Source: Candidatus Sulfomarinibacteraceae bacterium (GTDB lineage: Bacteria > Acidobacteriota > Thermoanaerobaculia > Thermoanaerobaculales > Sulfomarinibacteraceae). From it: a DNA stretch of 64,000 bases. The notes under the pieces are model-generated. The model worked only from the letters and a program-made list of their open reading frames with translations. It made no database searches and was not told the DNA's origin. The stretch lies in contig CAWCLO010000004.1 of NCBI GenBank assembly GCA_963796455.1, positions 480,001-544,000 on the forward strand. Direction: 5' to 3'. The position numbers were made by a program, and so were the translations under genes. How positions within the stretch are numbered: the first letter of the stretch is position 1; each line of letters opens with the position of its first letter. Of this stretch, positions 60,364 to 64,000 are shown piece by piece.

Positions 60364-62403
60364 ATGAACAAGACGATCTGGCTTTCGATCCTCGCCCTTG
60401 CCGCAGCATTCAATTCTGTTACCGCCGCCGAACTGGACGACGAAAAACTCCAACTCATCGACATCTTTCAATTGGAGTATGCCGCCGATCCCCGGATCTC
60501 GCCCGATGGCCGAAACATCGTCTATGTCCGTTCATTCATGGACATCATGACCGATAGCCGGCGGTCGAATCTGTGGATCCTGAAGGCTGATGGATCGGAT
60601 CACAGACCGCTGACTTCCGGCAACGAGAACCATCGTTCGCCGCGATGGTCGCCCGATGGCAAACGGCTGCTCTATATCTCCGGCGAAGAAGATTCTCCGC
60701 AAATCTATTGTCGATGGATGGACACAGGACAAAGCGCCAGACTTTCCCGTCTCGTGAACTCGCCGAGCGACCTCGCATGGTCGCCGGACGGTCAGCACAT
60801 CGCCTTTTCGATGTTGGTGCCCACATCCTCCAAGCCTTTCGCCAAAATGCCGCCCAAACCCAAGGGTGCGGAGTGGGCGGAACCGGCGAAAGTCATTCAG
60901 AAGCTCCGCTACAGAGCCGACGGCCCCGGCTATCTCAAGGACGGGTATTTCCACATTTTCGTCCTGCCCGCTGAAGGCGGTACGCCGCGGCAGATCACAT
61001 CCGGGGACTTCCACCATGATGGCCCTCAGTGGACACCCGACGGCAAGTCCCTCGTTTTCTCCGCCAACCGACATGAGGACTGGGAGTATCAACCGCGCAA
61101 CAACGAGGTCTATGAAGTCAGTCTTTCAGACCGTCAGATCACGGCCCTGACCGATCGGAAGGGACCGGACAACAGCCCGGCGGTTTCACCGGACGGAGGA
61201 CAGATTGCCTACCTGGGTTATGACGACCTTTTCCAGGGATATCAGGTCACGCACCTTTACGTCATGAACAACGATGGCAGCGGCGCGCGCCTCGTCACGG
61301 GTGATTTTGATCGTGACGTCAGGAACATCAAATGGAGTGAGGACGGTCGAGGTCTGTTCTTTCAGTACGACGAGCGCGGCAACACCAAGATAGGGTTCGT
61401 GACATTGAACGGGAAGGTCGAATCCCTCGCCGGCGATGTCGGCGGCATGTCACTCGGCCGGCCGTATGGGGCGGGCACCTACTCCGTCGCCGATGATGGG
61501 AGCTTTGCCTTTACTCTTTCCCGTCCTGATTTTCCGGCCGACGTGGCGGTGGGCCGCCGGGGAGCCGAGCCCACCCGTCTGACCCGTCTGAACGAGGACC
61601 TTCTCGGCAACAAGCTCCTGGCAACGGTCGAAGAGATCTGGTTCGATTCTTCTTTCGACGGCCGGAAAATCCAGGGCTGGATCGCCAAGCCGCCTGGATT
61701 CGATGCCTCCAAGACCTACCCGTTGATTCTCGAGATTCACGGTGGCCCCTTTGCCAACTACGGCGACCGCTTTGCAGCTGAGATTCAGCTGTACGCTGCC
61801 GCCGGCTACGTCGTGCTCTATATCAACCCCCGGGGAAGCACCAGCTATGGGCAGGAATTCGGCAACCTGATCCACCACAATTACCCCGGCCAGGACTACG
61901 ACGATCTGATGTCCGGTGTCGATGCCGTCATCAACAAAGGGTATGTGGACGGCGAAGGGCTCTACGTCACCGGCGGGAGCGGCGGCGGCGTCCTTTCGAG
62001 TTGGATCGTCGGGAAAACGGATCGGTTCAAAGCAGCCGTCGTCGCCAAACCCGTCATCAACTGGTACAGCTGGAGTCTGACTGCCGACAACTACAGCTTC
62101 TATTACAAGTACTGGTTCCCAGGTCCGCCTTGGGAGCACATGGAGCACTACATGAAGAGGTCTCCCTTGTCCCTGGTCGGCAACGTGACGACGCCGACGA
62201 TGCTGCTCACGGGAGAGAACGACTACCGGACGCCGATGTCGGAATCGGAGCAGTACTATCAGGCGCTCAAGATCCGAAAGATCGATACCGCTCTGGTCAG
62301 GATACCCGGCGCTTCCCATGGAATCGCAAATCGTCCCAGCCAGCTCATCGCCAAGATCGCGTATATCTTGAAATGGTTTGAAATCCATCGGGACCCATCG
62401 TGA
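60364..62403 (+). CDS. S9 family peptidase (acylaminoacyl/dipeptidyl peptidase) with PD40 propeller
   Basis: Signal peptide; WSPDG repeats; IHGGP, NPRGSTSYG, GGSGGG, DYRTP, SHGI. Confidence 0.95.
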   Translation: MNKTIWLSILALAAAFNSVTAAELDDEKLQLIDIFQLEYAADPRISPDGRNIVYVRSFMDIMTDSRRSNLWILKADGSDHRPLTSGNENHRSPRWSPDGKRLLYISGEEDSPQIYCRWMDTGQSARLSRLVNSPSDLAWSPDGQHIAFSMLVPTSSKPFAKMPPKPKGAEWAEPAKVIQKLRYRADGPGYLKDGYFHIFVLPAEGGTPRQITSGDFHHDGPQWTPDGKSLVFSANRHEDWEYQPRNNEVYEVSLSDRQITALTDRKGPDNSPAVSPDGGQIAYLGYDDLFQGYQVTHLYVMNNDGSGARLVTGDFDRDVRNIKWSEDGRGLFFQYDERGNTKIGFVTLNGKVESLAGDVGGMSLGRPYGAGTYSVADDGSFAFTLSRPDFPADVAVGRRGAEPTRLTRLNEDLLGNKLLATVEEIWFDSSFDGRKIQGWIAKPPGFDASKTYPLILEIHGGPFANYGDRFAAEIQLYAAAGYVVLYINPRGSTSYGQEFGNLIHHNYPGQDYDDLMSGVDAVINKGYVDGEGLYVTGGSGGGVLSSWIVGKTDRFKAAVVAKPVINWYSWSLTADNYSFYYKYWFPGPPWEHMEHYMKRSPLSLVGNVTTPTMLLTGENDYRTPMSESEQYYQALKIRKIDTALVRIPGASHGIANRPSQLIAKIAYILKWFEIHRDPS

Positions 62404-62440
62404 GGAAGTCTGCTGAATAGGCGAATCCAGGGATTGAACC

Positions 62441-62548
62441 CGCGTCCGAGTCCGCGTCCGTGCCCGAATTGCAGCGGCAGCGACAGTGTCCAGCGGCAGA
62501 GACAGGACAGGGACAGGGAGCAGAGACAGGAAACAGCGGTCAGCGGCG
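62441..62548. repeat. Dispersed repeat right-arm copy D (inverted relative to B and C)
   Basis: CCGAATTGCAGCGGCAGCGACAGTGTCCAGC is the exact reverse complement of the core in copy B; flanked by CGTCCG-type and GGACAG-type hexamer runs. Confidence 0.85.
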
Positions 62549-62670
62549 GTCGACCGGGGCGACAAGCTCGAGATGATGCTCGCCATGGGCGCCGACCAGG
62601 TCATCGACTACCAACAGGAGGACTTCACCCGTGGCAACGGGCGCTACGACCTCATCCTCGATCTCCCGAT
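62546..62670 (+). pseudogene. Internal fragment of an MDR-family NAD(P)-dependent alcohol dehydrogenase/quinone reductase
   Basis: AVDRGDKLEMMLAMGADQVIDYQQEDFTRGNGRYDLILD; no start, begins directly at the repeat. Confidence 0.7.
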
Positions 62671-62821
62671 ATCAGTATGTTCTCTCCCTATTTCCGGACG
62701 TTCGACCACTCTGATCCACCATATGGACAGCAACAGCACGAGGCATGGTTCTTGCTGTTCCTGTTTGGGTCCGTGACAGTCACTGAAAACAAGTCGAAAT
62801 AACTTATTGGGGAGCGAAACC

Positions 62822-64000
62822 ATGATCCAAAGAGAATCAATTCATTCCGGGATTGGTCGTACTGTGGCGGCCCTTTTCTTTCTCATCCTGACGACTGCGG
62901 CGAGTGTGAAGGCGCAACAACTGACCGCCGAGGATCGTGCCTCTATCGTTGAGAAGCTCGCGGTCGCGATCGAAGAGGGCTACGTCCTGGAAGCAAAAGG
63001 CCGCGACCTGGCGGCGCAACTGCGGAGCATGCAGGCTGCCGGAGACTTCACCGAAGACAATCCCGGTGACCTCGCTGAGGCGCTGAGTACAACGCTCCGC
63101 GAGATCAGCGGCGACCTTCACTTTCGAGTCAACTACGGGAGCATGGCAGGAGTGGTCGGGGGGCCGCAGCGGCGCATGGTGCGGGTCTCGCCCGGAGAGC
63201 CCGAAAGATCGGCCGGTGGTGAGCGCCGGGTGATGCGGGTGCCCGCGGGACAGCCCCAACCTTCCGAAGGCGGTGAGCGCCGGATGGTACGGGTCGCACC
63301 CGGAAACATGGGCGCACCGGCCGGTGGTGAAGAAATGTCTGCCGAGATGTCCGCGCTCTTCGGAGCGATGGCGGCGCGCTTTCCCGACAACTACCGGGCG
63401 GAGATCCTGGCCGGGAACGTCGGTCTATTGGAGATCGACATTTTGTTTCCGCCCCACGACCGGCTCGACGAAGCGATGAAACTGTTGGCCGACACGGATG
63501 CCTTGATCCTCGACCTTCGCTCGTGTCCCGGTGGCACCGGCATGACCACCCGTCCGCTCGAGAGTGTGTTCTTCGCCGAGAGCACCGAACTCGTGACCAT
63601 GGCCGTTCGCGGTGAAGATCCCGAGCCCGTCATGTCCACCGACGAGACACCCGGCGGGGTCAAATATCTCGACAAGCCGGTTTTTGTCTTGACTTCGAAG
63701 GGCACGGGATCGGCCTGTGAAGAGGTGGCGTGGTGCCTCAAGTATCACGACAAAGCGGTCCTCGTGGGCGAGACCACGGCGGGCGCCGGCCACGGCATCA
63801 GCGCGATCTCCAACCTCGGCCACGATCTGAGCGCGACCATCCCCAATATGATGCCGATTCATCCGAATTTTGAAGGCGGTTGGGAGGTCATTGGTGTGCC
63901 GCCGGACGTGACCATCGGGTCGCGCAGCGCCGCCGACGAGGCCCACCTGTTGGCCCTGAACGCGATCATGGAGCATGCTGAAGGCAGCAAACTGAGCGAG
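62822..64000 (+). CDS. S41 family (IRBP-like) peptidase, 3'-truncated by window edge (absent from the ORF track)
   Basis: Open frame from ATG 62822; signal peptide; SGDLHF, GNVGLL, LILDLRSCPGG, VFVLTSKGTGSACEE, VGETTAGAGH, WEVIGVPPD. Confidence 0.9.
   Translation, partial: MIQRESIHSGIGRTVAALFFLILTTAASVKAQQLTAEDRASIVEKLAVAIEEGYVLEAKGRDLAAQLRSMQAAGDFTEDNPGDLAEALSTTLREISGDLHFRVNYGSMAGVVGGPQRRMVRVSPGEPERSAGGERRVMRVPAGQPQPSEGGERRMVRVAPGNMGAPAGGEEMSAEMSALFGAMAARFPDNYRAEILAGNVGLLEIDILFPPHDRLDEAMKLLADTDALILDLRSCPGGTGMTTRPLESVFFAESTELVTMAVRGEDPEPVMSTDETPGGVKYLDKPVFVLTSKGTGSACEEVAWCLKYHDKAVLVGETTAGAGHGISAISNLGHDLSATIPNMMPIHPNFEGGWEVIGVPPDVTIGSRSAADEAHLLALNAIMEHAEGSKLSE

Overview
A GC-rich bacterial chromosomal segment, most likely Acidobacteriota (Thermoanaerobaculia-like); this is inferred from gene content, not from a marker gene. 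I found no rRNA, tRNA, CRISPR array or transposase. It holds about 40 protein genes, dominated by exported hydrolases (peptidases of the S33, M1, M3, S9 and S41 families and two beta-lactamase-fold serine hydrolases) and five membrane-spanning Ser/Thr kinases. Highlights: (1) a ~30-heme cytochrome c built from ten tri-heme modules, translationally coupled to an outer-membrane beta-barrel (candidate porin-cytochrome electron conduit); (2) three tandem receptor-like kinases with near-identical kinase domains showing patchwork DNA identity but divergent propeller ectodomains; (3) a GntR-HTH/PP2C-phosphatase fusion heading a YtrA-type GntR/ABC operon with a visible promoter and operator; (4) a GST-hemerythrin fusion; (5) a dispersed two-armed repeat family at five sites that carries the remnant of a probable four-helix-bundle gene or a REP doublet; (6) a Tat-exported FMN hydroxy-acid oxidase with a CxxCH insertion. 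About 15 single-base frameshifts interrupt otherwise intact genes and are most simply long-read consensus errors. All family assignments come from motif recognition by eye; no searches were run.
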